From positions 32,001 to 96,000 of the IMG/VR virus record IMGVR_UViG_3300032285_004073: a stretch of DNA of 64,000 nt. One strand, written 5' to 3'. Of the stretch, positions 19,328 to 27,928 are shown piece after piece (positions within the stretch are counted from its first letter, which is position 1; each line of letters opens with the position of its first letter). The notes beneath the pieces were generated by a model, which was not told the origin of the DNA, did no database searches, and saw only the letters and a list, made by a program, of their open reading frames with translations. The position numbers were made by a program, and so were the translations under genes. Source of the stretch: a virus.

Positions 19328-21367
19328 ATGCCCAAATCCATAGAAACAACAGAAAATCAAGAAACCATTACGCATAGCATTAATGCTCGTTATAGTGGTA
19401 TACAATTTGTGGATAGTAAACAAAAAGATCCAAACGGATCTCAAACACCAAAAGATAAATCATTTACTATTTGGCAAAATTCTTGGGGTTCTTTTATAAG
19501 ACAGCAAGCTGGTAATATTATAGGTAGAGCTTTGGGTAATGTTAGTTTAGATGCTGGAGATGAAATACATATATCCGGTCATAAAAAACAAGAAGTAATA
19601 ACTGATGGTGCTGCTATTTTTATTAAAGGCACCTCTGTCAACAATCACGGTGATAACACAGACGAGCAAAAAGCTCTAATGCAACAATATAAAGATCATA
19701 TGGACGCCGTGTCTGAAGCTTCTAAAAAAGCTATTAAATCCACTCCAGCTGAGAAAACACAATGTCCTAATTGTGCTCAGCAACATTTAGTGGATGATAA
19801 AAGTGATCCTTGGACTGTTATTTTAAGAAGAGTAAAAGATTTAATCGGTAATATTCCTTTTTATGCTTTGCCGTTTAAAACCATACAATGGTTAATACAA
19901 AATGTATATTGTGCATTATTGGGTGTTAAAAGTAATAACTCTTTAGCAAAAAATAATTCTTGCGGACCTGGATGTGTTAACGGACAAAAAGACGGTATGT
20001 CTGCTAAATTACAAGCTGGTGCATCTGCTGCTAGTACAGAATTAGCACAAAGAAGTGATGATTTAAAACGTATAGAACAATTATTAGGAGATACTTCTGT
20101 CAAGGTAGAACCTCATGTTCATGGGTATATGGGTGTTTATGGTAATCCTACAGTTCCAAAACATAGTCCATATATAACCATGGATAGCCATCATTCTATA
20201 CCTACTAATTTAAGAGTATCAGATGTCTTAAGAAATAAACTATATGTGACTACAGAAGGCAATCCTAAGCAAGTAGTTTATCAACCACCTCCACATCTCC
20301 CTTTTGGTAATTTAACTTTTAACGTAGAAAATAAATTTTCTCTCACTGCTGGAAACGCTGGAGCGGATATTCTTTCTACCGGAGAAGTAACCATAAGAGC
20401 TGGTTCAGTCCATATTAATGGTTCTCAAGGAGAAGTATCTCTTACTAGTGGCAATCTTACTACTATTGGAGGAAAAATGGTTTATATATCAGCGGATGAT
20501 GGTTCTGGAGATTCTGGTGTTTGTATTGATTCAAAATATACCTATGCTCGAGGAGCCTTTAATGTTAATGGTGATGCTAGTTTCAATGGTCATGTGACTA
20601 TTGACGGAGGTTTGACCTGTACACATTTTACATATCCTACCATGGCTGTGCCTACAGATTTAGCATCAACATCTAAATGGGCATCCGAAGGTGCAAATTG
20701 GCAATTTTTTGGAGCAGCTTTGAATATGTCAAATTTTGCTAAAGATCTTGTATTAAAGTATGGTGTAGGTTTGTTATTGGAAACTGAAGCAGGGTTGCTT
20801 AGTTTGGCTATGGAAATGTTTAATATAATAATGATGGACACGGTGGTAGAAATATTACCTACTGGTTTTGCTATAGGAATTTGTCCAGTTGGTCCAGTTT
20901 TTTGTGTACCTCCTGTGGGCGGTGTTTGGAATTGGAGACATAATCACACTCTTGCAGGTCATGATCATGATCATGAATATGATGCACCGGCTGGAATTAT
21001 GCACACTGAACATTTAGGTGTTGGTAATCATAGAGTAGCTGGTAACCCTGCACCTACTCCTGCACCTACTGCTACACAATATCCTAGACCCGGACCCAAG
21101 GCTTGGTCTGGTGGTTGTGGTGGAGGTGGACTCTTTGCTAAGATTCGTAATCAAAGATATGGAATCAATTCTGAGGATGCCTATAACGGAACTAATACAG
21201 TACAAACAACAACCAAGAGAAATTCAGATGGTTCTATTTATCCATTCCCAATTTCAACGTGGACCCTCAATAATTTACCATCAGGTGGCAGTATTGATCC
21301 AAACACTGGTTACTTTACACCGGCTCAAACATTATCTGGTGTAGATTGTACTCCGATTGAAAGTTAA
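19328..21367 (+). CDS. gp5 C-terminal-like beta-helical spike protein
   Basis: WQNSWGSFI and repeated short beta-strands (FNVENKFSLTAG, VTIRAGSVHING..VSLTSG), His cluster HNHTLAGHDHDH; directly follows the OB-fold gene. Confidence 0.55.
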   Translation: MPKSIETTENQETITHSINARYSGIQFVDSKQKDPNGSQTPKDKSFTIWQNSWGSFIRQQAGNIIGRALGNVSLDAGDEIHISGHKKQEVITDGAAIFIKGTSVNNHGDNTDEQKALMQQYKDHMDAVSEASKKAIKSTPAEKTQCPNCAQQHLVDDKSDPWTVILRRVKDLIGNIPFYALPFKTIQWLIQNVYCALLGVKSNNSLAKNNSCGPGCVNGQKDGMSAKLQAGASAASTELAQRSDDLKRIEQLLGDTSVKVEPHVHGYMGVYGNPTVPKHSPYITMDSHHSIPTNLRVSDVLRNKLYVTTEGNPKQVVYQPPPHLPFGNLTFNVENKFSLTAGNAGADILSTGEVTIRAGSVHINGSQGEVSLTSGNLTTIGGKMVYISADDGSGDSGVCIDSKYTYARGAFNVNGDASFNGHVTIDGGLTCTHFTYPTMAVPTDLASTSKWASEGANWQFFGAALNMSNFAKDLVLKYGVGLLLETEAGLLSLAMEMFNIIMMDTVVEILPTGFAIGICPVGPVFCVPPVGGVWNWRHNHTLAGHDHDHEYDAPAGIMHTEHLGVGNHRVAGNPAPTPAPTATQYPRPGPKAWSGGCGGGGLFAKIRNQRYGINSEDAYNGTNTVQTTTKRNSDGSIYPFPISTWTLNNLPSGGSIDPNTGYFTPAQTLSGVDCTPIES

Positions 21368-22272
21368 AGTACTTTTGTGCTAGGTAAAATAACATTAGTT
21401 GTTTCACTAGTATTATTTTCAACTGGCAAATATTTAGACAAAAAGGAATAATTTGATAAAGGCTCTATTAAAGACGATGACAAATAATCTATTGATTTAG
21501 GATCCAAAGTTACTGAAGTAGGGGGAGAAACTAATTCACCCGGATTGGCATAATTTAAAATTGGCGATGTCATTGCTGTTATCATATTCATTGAAATTGA
21601 AGTCAATGAAACACCGGCTGTAGTATCTCCGGGCATGGTAAAAGGTGTTAATGATACGCCTAGTTGTGATGAAATATAATCTGCTTGATCATAATAATAT
21701 TTTATACTGACATCATTTTCATTTGTCTTTGTTAAATTAACAATAAACATATAACTCTGCGGCAGCACTAATAACTGAACAGTCCATCCAGAATATTTTA
21801 TTTTTAAAAAATTTAAAAAATCATTTGCATGTGTCTGTAAAGAAGATTGATATAGTTTATATATTCTATCAACAACCTCGCCTGATTCTATCCTTGCTGT
21901 ATTTGTAACATTAGCACAATTTGTTGTAGCCTTTATAATAGGCACACCCTCAGCATCACAAATATAATCATTTATTATTTGACAACCCCCTGCATCTGCA
22001 ATTTCTCTTCTTGCTTGTAATCTAGGAATAAATTCTGTATAAATAGCCGATAAAACAGAACCTAAAGAAAATCTACCATCTGTAATATTATTAAATACTG
22101 CTGGATCAAATTTTAATTGATCTAAAGATTTTTGTGAAAGTGATCCATCTCCTTTAATCTTTCCTTCAAATGTCGGATCTAAAGAAGCTGCAGCTAAATC
22201 CGCAATAAATTGCTTACCATCATAATAAAGTTTATCAGCTGTTAAAGAAGGCCAGGACGTATAAATTGACAT
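21364..22272 (-). CDS. Hypothetical protein (possibly structural)
   Basis: 302 aa; Ser/Thr-rich, virion-like composition; converges on the spike gene. Confidence 0.55.
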   Translation of the reverse strand: MSIYTSWPSLTADKLYYDGKQFIADLAAASLDPTFEGKIKGDGSLSQKSLDQLKFDPAVFNNITDGRFSLGSVLSAIYTEFIPRLQARREIADAGGCQIINDYICDAEGVPIIKATTNCANVTNTARIESGEVVDRIYKLYQSSLQTHANDFLNFLKIKYSGWTVQLLVLPQSYMFIVNLTKTNENDVSIKYYYDQADYISSQLGVSLTPFTMPGDTTAGVSLTSISMNMITAMTSPILNYANPGELVSPPTSVTLDPKSIDYLSSSLIEPLSNYSFLSKYLPVENNTSETTNVILPSTKVL

Positions 22273-22280
22273 ATATTTAA

Positions 22281-22682
22281 TTAGTCTAAAAGGTTATTTT
22301 GCTGTTGCTGAATAAAGATAGTTTTAAGAAATTCCATAATGGCATCCCTATCTCTAGGGGATTTATAATACTGAATTACAATTCTTTCACCTTCTGTATT
22401 ATATCCAAATATCATAAAGGTATCCAAATATTCTGTTGCAGTATTTTTTAAAATAGATAAATCCCTAACAGCTATTTTATCATCAAAATCTTTTTGTTTA
22501 GACCATTTATCCAAACCCTTTTCTAATTCTGCATTATTAATAGAATTGAATAAATTAATTTTTATGTCTTCTAAAGACATAGGTTCTTTTGTCTGAACCT
22601 TAACTGAAGAAAGAGAAGGAACTGCCTCTAAAGACAGTTCCTTCTTTTTATTTTTCTTGCCCTTTTTATTAGGCTCCTGCAT
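22281..22682 (-). CDS. Hypothetical protein
   Basis: Internal ATG (MQEPNKKG) reduces the overlap; EYLDTFMIFGYNTEGERIV..DRDAIMEFLK. Confidence 0.6.
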   Translation of the reverse strand: MQEPNKKGKKNKKKELSLEAVPSLSSVKVQTKEPMSLEDIKINLFNSINNAELEKGLDKWSKQKDFDDKIAVRDLSILKNTATEYLDTFMIFGYNTEGERIVIQYYKSPRDRDAIMEFLKTIFIQQQQNNLLD

Positions 22683-22992
22683 AAGTCGAGGACTTATTAG
22701 TAATACCAAACTTGTTCAAGTACTCTACAATAACCTCAATGGAACTGGTCTTAATCTTGAAATTTTCTGGAATATATTGTCCTCCATCATGCATTTCAAA
22801 ATACTCTTCGCCAATATCATTATGATTGTTATAACACGTAATGAATATAGATGCTACCTGGGGATCTACAATAACAGTCCAAGAGCGAGGGTCCTGATAA
22901 CCAAAATCGCTAAAAAGCTTATCGGCTACATATCCACTGTCTCTCAGTCTCTTAATGAAGTAACTGCATGTTGTTATTTTATTCTTTGCCAT
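22669..22992 (-). CDS. Hypothetical protein
   Basis: 107 aa, YFIKRLRDSGY..DPRSWTVIVDP..YFEMHDGGQ; TTAAATA 6 nt upstream. Confidence 0.65.
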   Translation of the reverse strand: MAKNKITTCSYFIKRLRDSGYVADKLFSDFGYQDPRSWTVIVDPQVASIFITCYNNHNDIGEEYFEMHDGGQYIPENFKIKTSSIEVIVEYLNKFGITNKSSTYAGA

Positions 22993-22998
22993 ATATTT

Positions 22999-23005
22999 TA
23001 TTTAA
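22999..23005 (-). promoter_or_regulatory. Late-promoter-like motif TTAAATA
   Basis: 6 nt before ATG 22992. Confidence 0.45.
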
Positions 23006-23019
23006 TTAATGTGTTTGGT

Positions 23020-23775
23020 TTATTTTACTAGAGCTGAAACGATATATTTCAATTCTACATCATCATCTTCCTTATTTTGAAAGATGAAAACTTTATACTG
23101 ATTATTAATTTTTACTTTAATATCAGTTTTGCAAGAAGCAAGATTTTTAAAAACTTCTGTATTAACAGGAAGAGCATCCACAATTGCCGATCCTTCTACA
23201 TTGTCAGCCACAATTAAAGTCATGTTGTCAACATTTTGTAATGTACGGTCATTAATTTCAGCGTAAACCTTGTTTTCTTTAGAATAAAAATATATCTTAG
23301 TAAGATCTGAAGCAAAAGCATATCCTGCCATTATTTGACGAATTTTACTAGTAGTAAGAATAAATTCTGTATCAAATTTTAATTGAGACATTTTTTCTAA
23401 ATTAACGGCTGTTTCTCTAATAACACTATCGTCTACTAAATGATATTTAAAAAATGTTTTTTCTCCATCTGATGTCTTAACTTCACATTTAATATTATTA
23501 ATATTATATTCAATGGAAAATTCCCCGTCATCTCCGAGACACTCTAAACCTGATATTAACTTTTTAATACTGATTAAATTTAATCTTATCGAGTCATTTA
23601 ATACAAAAGGTAATTTAGCTTTTGCGTAAAGAATAACCGTCTTATCCGAAGAAGAACATATAGAATATAAACTATCCTTATCAGCTTTAAGGACACAGCT
23701 TTCTGTGAGTCTATTGACTGGTTTAAGAATCTTCTCTAAGAAGCTCTTAGGAAGTGGAATGTGTATTTCTGACAC
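23020..23775 (-). CDS. gp45: DNA polymerase sliding clamp (gp45/PCNA-like)
   Basis: 251 aa, GTG start; two-domain beta pattern (KPVNRLTESCVL, FKYHLVD, FDTEFILT, LKYIVSALVK). Confidence 0.7.
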   Translation of the reverse strand: MSEIHIPLPKSFLEKILKPVNRLTESCVLKADKDSLYSICSSSDKTVILYAKAKLPFVLNDSIRLNLISIKKLISGLECLGDDGEFSIEYNINNIKCEVKTSDGEKTFFKYHLVDDSVIRETAVNLEKMSQLKFDTEFILTTSKIRQIMAGYAFASDLTKIYFYSKENKVYAEINDRTLQNVDNMTLIVADNVEGSAIVDALPVNTEVFKNLASCKTDIKVKINNQYKVFIFQNKEDDDVELKYIVSALVK

Positions 23776-23779
23776 TTAA

Positions 23780-24268
23780 TTAGTCTAGTTGATTGTTTTT
23801 ATTCTTTTCTGTAAAGGAAGCAAATACTTTACCAAGCATACCCGACATCTTAGTCAAAGTAGCATTAGTTCTTTCTAATTGGGATCTAATGGCTTGAATA
23901 TCTTCTTTTGAAACAGAGACATTATTATTTTCTACTTGTGAACTTCCTGGAATTTGTACAATTGATTGCGGAATAATAGGATTATTAAAAATTGGAGAGC
24001 TTACAGGAGAGCCAGCAGAGGTATCTGGCACCTGTTGAAGTGCCAGAAGCTCTGCGTCTCTAACTGCTTTTTCCATTCTTAAATCCACAGGAACAGGTGA
24101 ATTTTGGGTCACCTGTCCACCCATTAAAGGTGCAACAAACCTTTGCATATCAATTTTATTAGCCTGATTATTACTTCTCTCAACAGTCATATTATCCACA
24201 CCATTAAGATGTGTACCAACCATTCTTGCTAACATTGCCGCTTCAAAGACTTGTTGCTGTGGATTCAT
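23780..24268 (-). CDS. Hypothetical protein
   Basis: 162 aa, Gln/Pro-rich, C-terminal coiled coil. Confidence 0.6.
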   Translation of the reverse strand: MNPQQQVFEAAMLARMVGTHLNGVDNMTVERSNNQANKIDMQRFVAPLMGGQVTQNSPVPVDLRMEKAVRDAELLALQQVPDTSAGSPVSSPIFNNPIIPQSIVQIPGSSQVENNNVSVSKEDIQAIRSQLERTNATLTKMSGMLGKVFASFTEKNKNNQLD

Positions 24269-24269
24269 A

Positions 24270-25115
24270 TTACTTTAAGTCTCTACCGGCATGTGTAACC
24301 GAAACTGCAATCGAAGAGTGAATGGACTCGTAGTGATTGACAATTACAAGATAATCCTTAATGCGACCATCAAGATCCTTGTCTAACTCAACTGCAACCT
24401 TACGCACCATATCTTCAACAAAGACTGGATTCTCATACATAAGTTCCGTCTGATATGCTTCGTCAACCCTCTTAAGAGCATTGACAATGGGTGCAGAGCT
24501 GCTTCTCTCAACTGCACCAACAAGCTCTTCGAACCAATAAACATCCTTGCCTTCTGTGCCTGGATGATTGATCTCAACGGTAACATCCGCATAAGACTGC
24601 TGATTATGGGCTCCATAATCACTGATCTCTTTAGAGCAAGGGCAGAGGGAAGCATAAAGAACATTGGCGTGAAGATAAAACTTCTTCTCACCGTTAATAA
24701 GACGTCCTTCAAAGGATCCCTGATAATCCATGTGAGACTTAACTTTAGAAACCGGAGCTTCCTTAATCATGAAATAATCAAACTTGATCTTGATGTAAGC
24801 ATTCTGAGACTTCAGACGATTCTTACATTCATCAAGGAGAAGATCCATAACCTGATCAATGCGATGGGTCTTATTAGCAAGAACCTCTTCAACCAGGATA
24901 CGATAGCGACTCATGTTTGTACCTTTGACCTCAGGTGTAAGGTCAGTGTACATACTGATGATTGCCTTGGTGGGGTTAATGGTTCCATCTTGTCTAATAA
25001 TCTCCATAGGAACTACAATATTCCTAGAACCAACTTTAGGAATATACTTCTTAGGGAAACCATCCAGCGTATTTTGAATATCTGGAATGTCGTCGTTTGT
25101 CTTTATTCTTGGCAT
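24270..25115 (-). CDS. folE2: GTP cyclohydrolase I type B (FolE2/MptA family)
   Basis: KGTNMSRY, SLCPCSKEISDYGAHNQQS, VKRVDE-like LKRVDE, YENPVFVEDMVR, NHYESIH; ATG 25115 (MPRIK) avoids the gp32 overlap. Confidence 0.93.
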   Translation of the reverse strand: MPRIKTNDDIPDIQNTLDGFPKKYIPKVGSRNIVVPMEIIRQDGTINPTKAIISMYTDLTPEVKGTNMSRYRILVEEVLANKTHRIDQVMDLLLDECKNRLKSQNAYIKIKFDYFMIKEAPVSKVKSHMDYQGSFEGRLINGEKKFYLHANVLYASLCPCSKEISDYGAHNQQSYADVTVEINHPGTEGKDVYWFEELVGAVERSSSAPIVNALKRVDEAYQTELMYENPVFVEDMVRKVAVELDKDLDGRIKDYLVIVNHYESIHSSIAVSVTHAGRDLK

Positions 25116-25143
25116 ATATTTGTTTGTTTGTTGTTTAATTGAA

Positions 25144-26010
25144 TTACAGATCTTTGAGAATATCTTGGATACGATCATTTTGATCTGATAGGACTTCGTT
25201 ATTATCCTCTACAACTGTAGAAGAAGCAACGGTGTTTGTTGATACTGGAGCTATATAGGTTTCCTCTTCCTCTTCCTGAATATCTACCTTAGGAGCAGAG
25301 ACTTCTTCATTTCCGTGAAAATGGACATTAAGAAGCTTAGTAATATCTTCTGGTGTCTTATGCTCAAAGATATTGTCAAGAGGCTTAAAGGCCTTATAAA
25401 TCTCTTCAATATCCTGCGCTCCCTCAAGAGGAGAAGGAGCAACAAATTTGGAACTAACATAGGTAGGATAACCACCCTCATTTTCTTCCACCTTGATGCG
25501 AAGATTGCATCCTTTTTCGGATAGATCGAAAATCTTTGCCCCGAGGTCATCCGAATCATCACCGCTGATGGCATCAGTAATAATCTTAGCAAGCTGCTTA
25601 CCGTAACGGAGAATCTTAACCTGACCCTGATTCTCTGGATTGGTTGGATCCTTAATTACATAGACATTGGCGAGCCAATTCTCATTGCGCTTAATAGGAG
25701 AAATACGCTTGATCTCTGCCTCGTTATTGGTGCGATAAACCTTAGAACGATATTCATCAATAGGACAACGCTCTCCATAGGTTGTAGGACAAGTACAAGA
25801 GACAAGCTGATTAGTTACTACACTCTTCCAAAGATGATGATAGTAATGATAAAGGGTGCGCTCTGGAGCTTCAATATTAGGAATAAGGCGTACCAAATAG
25901 GTATTACCAATCTCCAGCTTCATAAAGTCTCTGAATCCGCTTTCGGTATTGGATGACTTCTTGTTGAGAGCCTCTTTAATAGACTCGAATAGGTTAGTGT
26001 TGTATTTCAT
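25144..26010 (-). CDS. gp32: Single-stranded DNA-binding protein (T4 gp32-like)
   Basis: YLVRLIP, YYHH, CTCPTTYGERCPI, WLANVYVIKDPTNPENQGQVKILRYGK, acidic tail ending IQDILKDL. Confidence 0.93.
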   Translation of the reverse strand: MKYNTNLFESIKEALNKKSSNTESGFRDFMKLEIGNTYLVRLIPNIEAPERTLYHYYHHLWKSVVTNQLVSCTCPTTYGERCPIDEYRSKVYRTNNEAEIKRISPIKRNENWLANVYVIKDPTNPENQGQVKILRYGKQLAKIITDAISGDDSDDLGAKIFDLSEKGCNLRIKVEENEGGYPTYVSSKFVAPSPLEGAQDIEEIYKAFKPLDNIFEHKTPEDITKLLNVHFHGNEEVSAPKVDIQEEEEETYIAPVSTNTVASSTVVEDNNEVLSDQNDRIQDILKDL

Positions 26011-26710
26011 ATGTTTGTTTGGTTTGGTTTTCGGTTGTTTGTTTAATATTATATGGAGTCTTAATATTTTTCAACTCTTCTATAATAAAAATTTTAATTT
26101 TTTTTGTAGCTTCTCTTATTAAAGATTTTGCTTTAGGTGAATTGTGATATCTAGTACGAATAGCATTTATAGTATTAGATAAATTGGGTGCCCAAATAGC
26201 TTGTTCATCTTCTGACATATTTAAAATATTAGTTGAACCATTTAATTCCATTATACTATATGGATTAATTAAATGCTCTCTATAATGTTGTGTCCATATA
26301 GGCATTCTTCCTATTTTAAAACTTAAATATTGATCAAGATGTATCCTGTTCTTAATACAGAACATAGCAATAAATCTAAGACTTTCTTTAATTTTATCAA
26401 ATTGTTTTTCTGGTGATTGATCTTCCAGCTGTTGTTGATAAAGACTGTAAGCTCTAATAGCCGCTCTAGTAGTAAAGAATTTAAGTGGCGGACATTTTTC
26501 ATCCGGGTGAAGACCGCGAGGTGCACCAAAAAAATCATCCCATTTGATGTGAGAAAATTTTCTAAAAAAATTATACATCCTCTTTATAAGAACTACGTTC
26601 TCTGAGGATATATCTGAAAAATCTTTTCTTGGTTGGTAAGGTAAACCATTACGAGAATGTTTTAAATAACAATTGTAAATGGCTTGCTCTGTTTTATTCA
26701 GTTGATTCAA
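25994..26710 (-). CDS. Hypothetical protein, candidate gp59-like helicase loader
   Basis: 238 aa, basic and helical, TTG start; immediately upstream of gp32 as gene 59 is in T4; assignment mostly by synteny. Confidence 0.35.
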   Translation of the reverse strand: MNQLNKTEQAIYNCYLKHSRNGLPYQPRKDFSDISSENVVLIKRMYNFFRKFSHIKWDDFFGAPRGLHPDEKCPPLKFFTTRAAIRAYSLYQQQLEDQSPEKQFDKIKESLRFIAMFCIKNRIHLDQYLSFKIGRMPIWTQHYREHLINPYSIMELNGSTNILNMSEDEQAIWAPNLSNTINAIRTRYHNSPKAKSLIREATKKIKIFIIEELKNIKTPYNIKQTTENQTKQTYEIQH

Positions 26711-27011
26711 TGGGTTTCTTTTTTTTGTTGTGTTTGGATCGGAAAATCTTTTTATATATATTAGGAGTACTTCCTAAATAGGCACGCATAATATTTTGTA
26801 AACTATAGTCTCCTAATATTTCAAAATATAACTTTTGTGTTCTTTTATCTTCTATTAAAAATTTAAGGAAATTCAAATAATTAAATTTTTTGCCTTTAGC
26901 TATACAGACAAAAGAAGCAAATTTCATAGTAATATCTTCAAATTCTGAAAGATCAAATACGTCTGAAGGGTTTGAACTTTCTTCTATCTGTTGCGAAGAA
27001 GTAATAATCAT
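26694..27011 (-). CDS. Hypothetical protein, candidate gp33-like late co-activator
   Basis: 105 aa; KFA...NYLNFLKFLIED loosely recalls gp33; occupies the T4 gene-33 slot; weak. Confidence 0.25.
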   Translation of the reverse strand: MIITSSQQIEESSNPSDVFDLSEFEDITMKFASFVCIAKGKKFNYLNFLKFLIEDKRTQKLYFEILGDYSLQNIMRAYLGSTPNIYKKIFRSKHNKKKKPIESTE

Positions 27012-27904
27012 AAAGGTTTTAAATTTTTTGTAATTTCCATAAAGAGAGGAGTTATTTTACCACCAGCTGCGAATTCATGACCACCTCCTTCACAAATTTT
27101 TTCTGCAAAAGCCCCTACATCTACAGGATCTTCTTTAGTACATTGTCTTATAGAAACTTTTTCTGTTTTTGTATTAATAAAGAAAAATATATCTGGTTTA
27201 TGTTTTTGAATAAGAATATCCATTACTTGAGGTACTATTCTATCCACCAACCCTGCGCATATTTTTTTCTTTTTATTTACAATATTTAATTCACCGGAAA
27301 AAATAGGCACTTTATTGGCTTCATCAATCGCTTCCTTTTTAATAAAATTAATAGCTCTTTTTTGTTCTGGGGTAAATGGTTTGTAACCATTCATGTAGTC
27401 TTTAATAAATTCTGAAAATTTATTTCTATATTGAGACCAAAAAAGAATATTTAAATCGTAAGAAGATGGGAATTTAAGATTATAAGAATCAAAATCATCA
27501 GCTAATAATATTAGCATTTTTTGCATATCATTCAATTCTGGTGAAGATTGTGCAAACAATTTTCTAGTTAAAAGAGCATTAGAAGAATATTCTTTATATA
27601 AAACTTTGGCTTTTTTAAATTTATTAGCAAACCTTTCTGAAGATTTATGATGATCTATAAAGGTTACATTTTCTTTATCTAAAAGAGGTATAAATTCATC
27701 TCTTAAAGCTAAATCTAAAACAAAAGTGGTAGGATTATTATGAGTATTAGAATAATGTTCCTTGATTTTATCTATTATCTCTAAATTATTTAAAGGAAAA
27801 TAATGAAACGTAGCATCTGGTCTTGACCACATTAATGCTAAAAGGCTTACTGCTCCATCTAAATCATTGTGCGTAAAAACATGATAGCATTTTGACATAT
27901 TCAT
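27008..27904 (-). CDS. DHH/DHHA1 family phosphoesterase
   Basis: THNDLDG, VLDL, FIDHH, ADDFD, GGGHEFAAG. Confidence 0.88.
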   Translation of the reverse strand: MNMSKCYHVFTHNDLDGAVSLLALMWSRPDATFHYFPLNNLEIIDKIKEHYSNTHNNPTTFVLDLALRDEFIPLLDKENVTFIDHHKSSERFANKFKKAKVLYKEYSSNALLTRKLFAQSSPELNDMQKMLILLADDFDSYNLKFPSSYDLNILFWSQYRNKFSEFIKDYMNGYKPFTPEQKRAINFIKKEAIDEANKVPIFSGELNIVNKKKKICAGLVDRIVPQVMDILIQKHKPDIFFFINTKTEKVSIRQCTKEDPVDVGAFAEKICEGGGHEFAAGGKITPLFMEITKNLKPL

Positions 27905-27928
27905 TATTTAATAGTATGTCACAAACTT

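Noticed and set aside
22657-23031. 124 aa plus-strand ORF over the 107 aa gene
   Set aside because: Antisense to a better-supported minus-strand operon gene that has an upstream motif
24564-25142. 192 aa plus-strand ORF opposite folE2, and other ORFs nested in folE2/gp32 (24383-24712, 25284-25592, 25315-25524)
   Set aside because: Shadow frames expected from the locally biased codon usage; no motifs, and fully overlapped by well-supported genes
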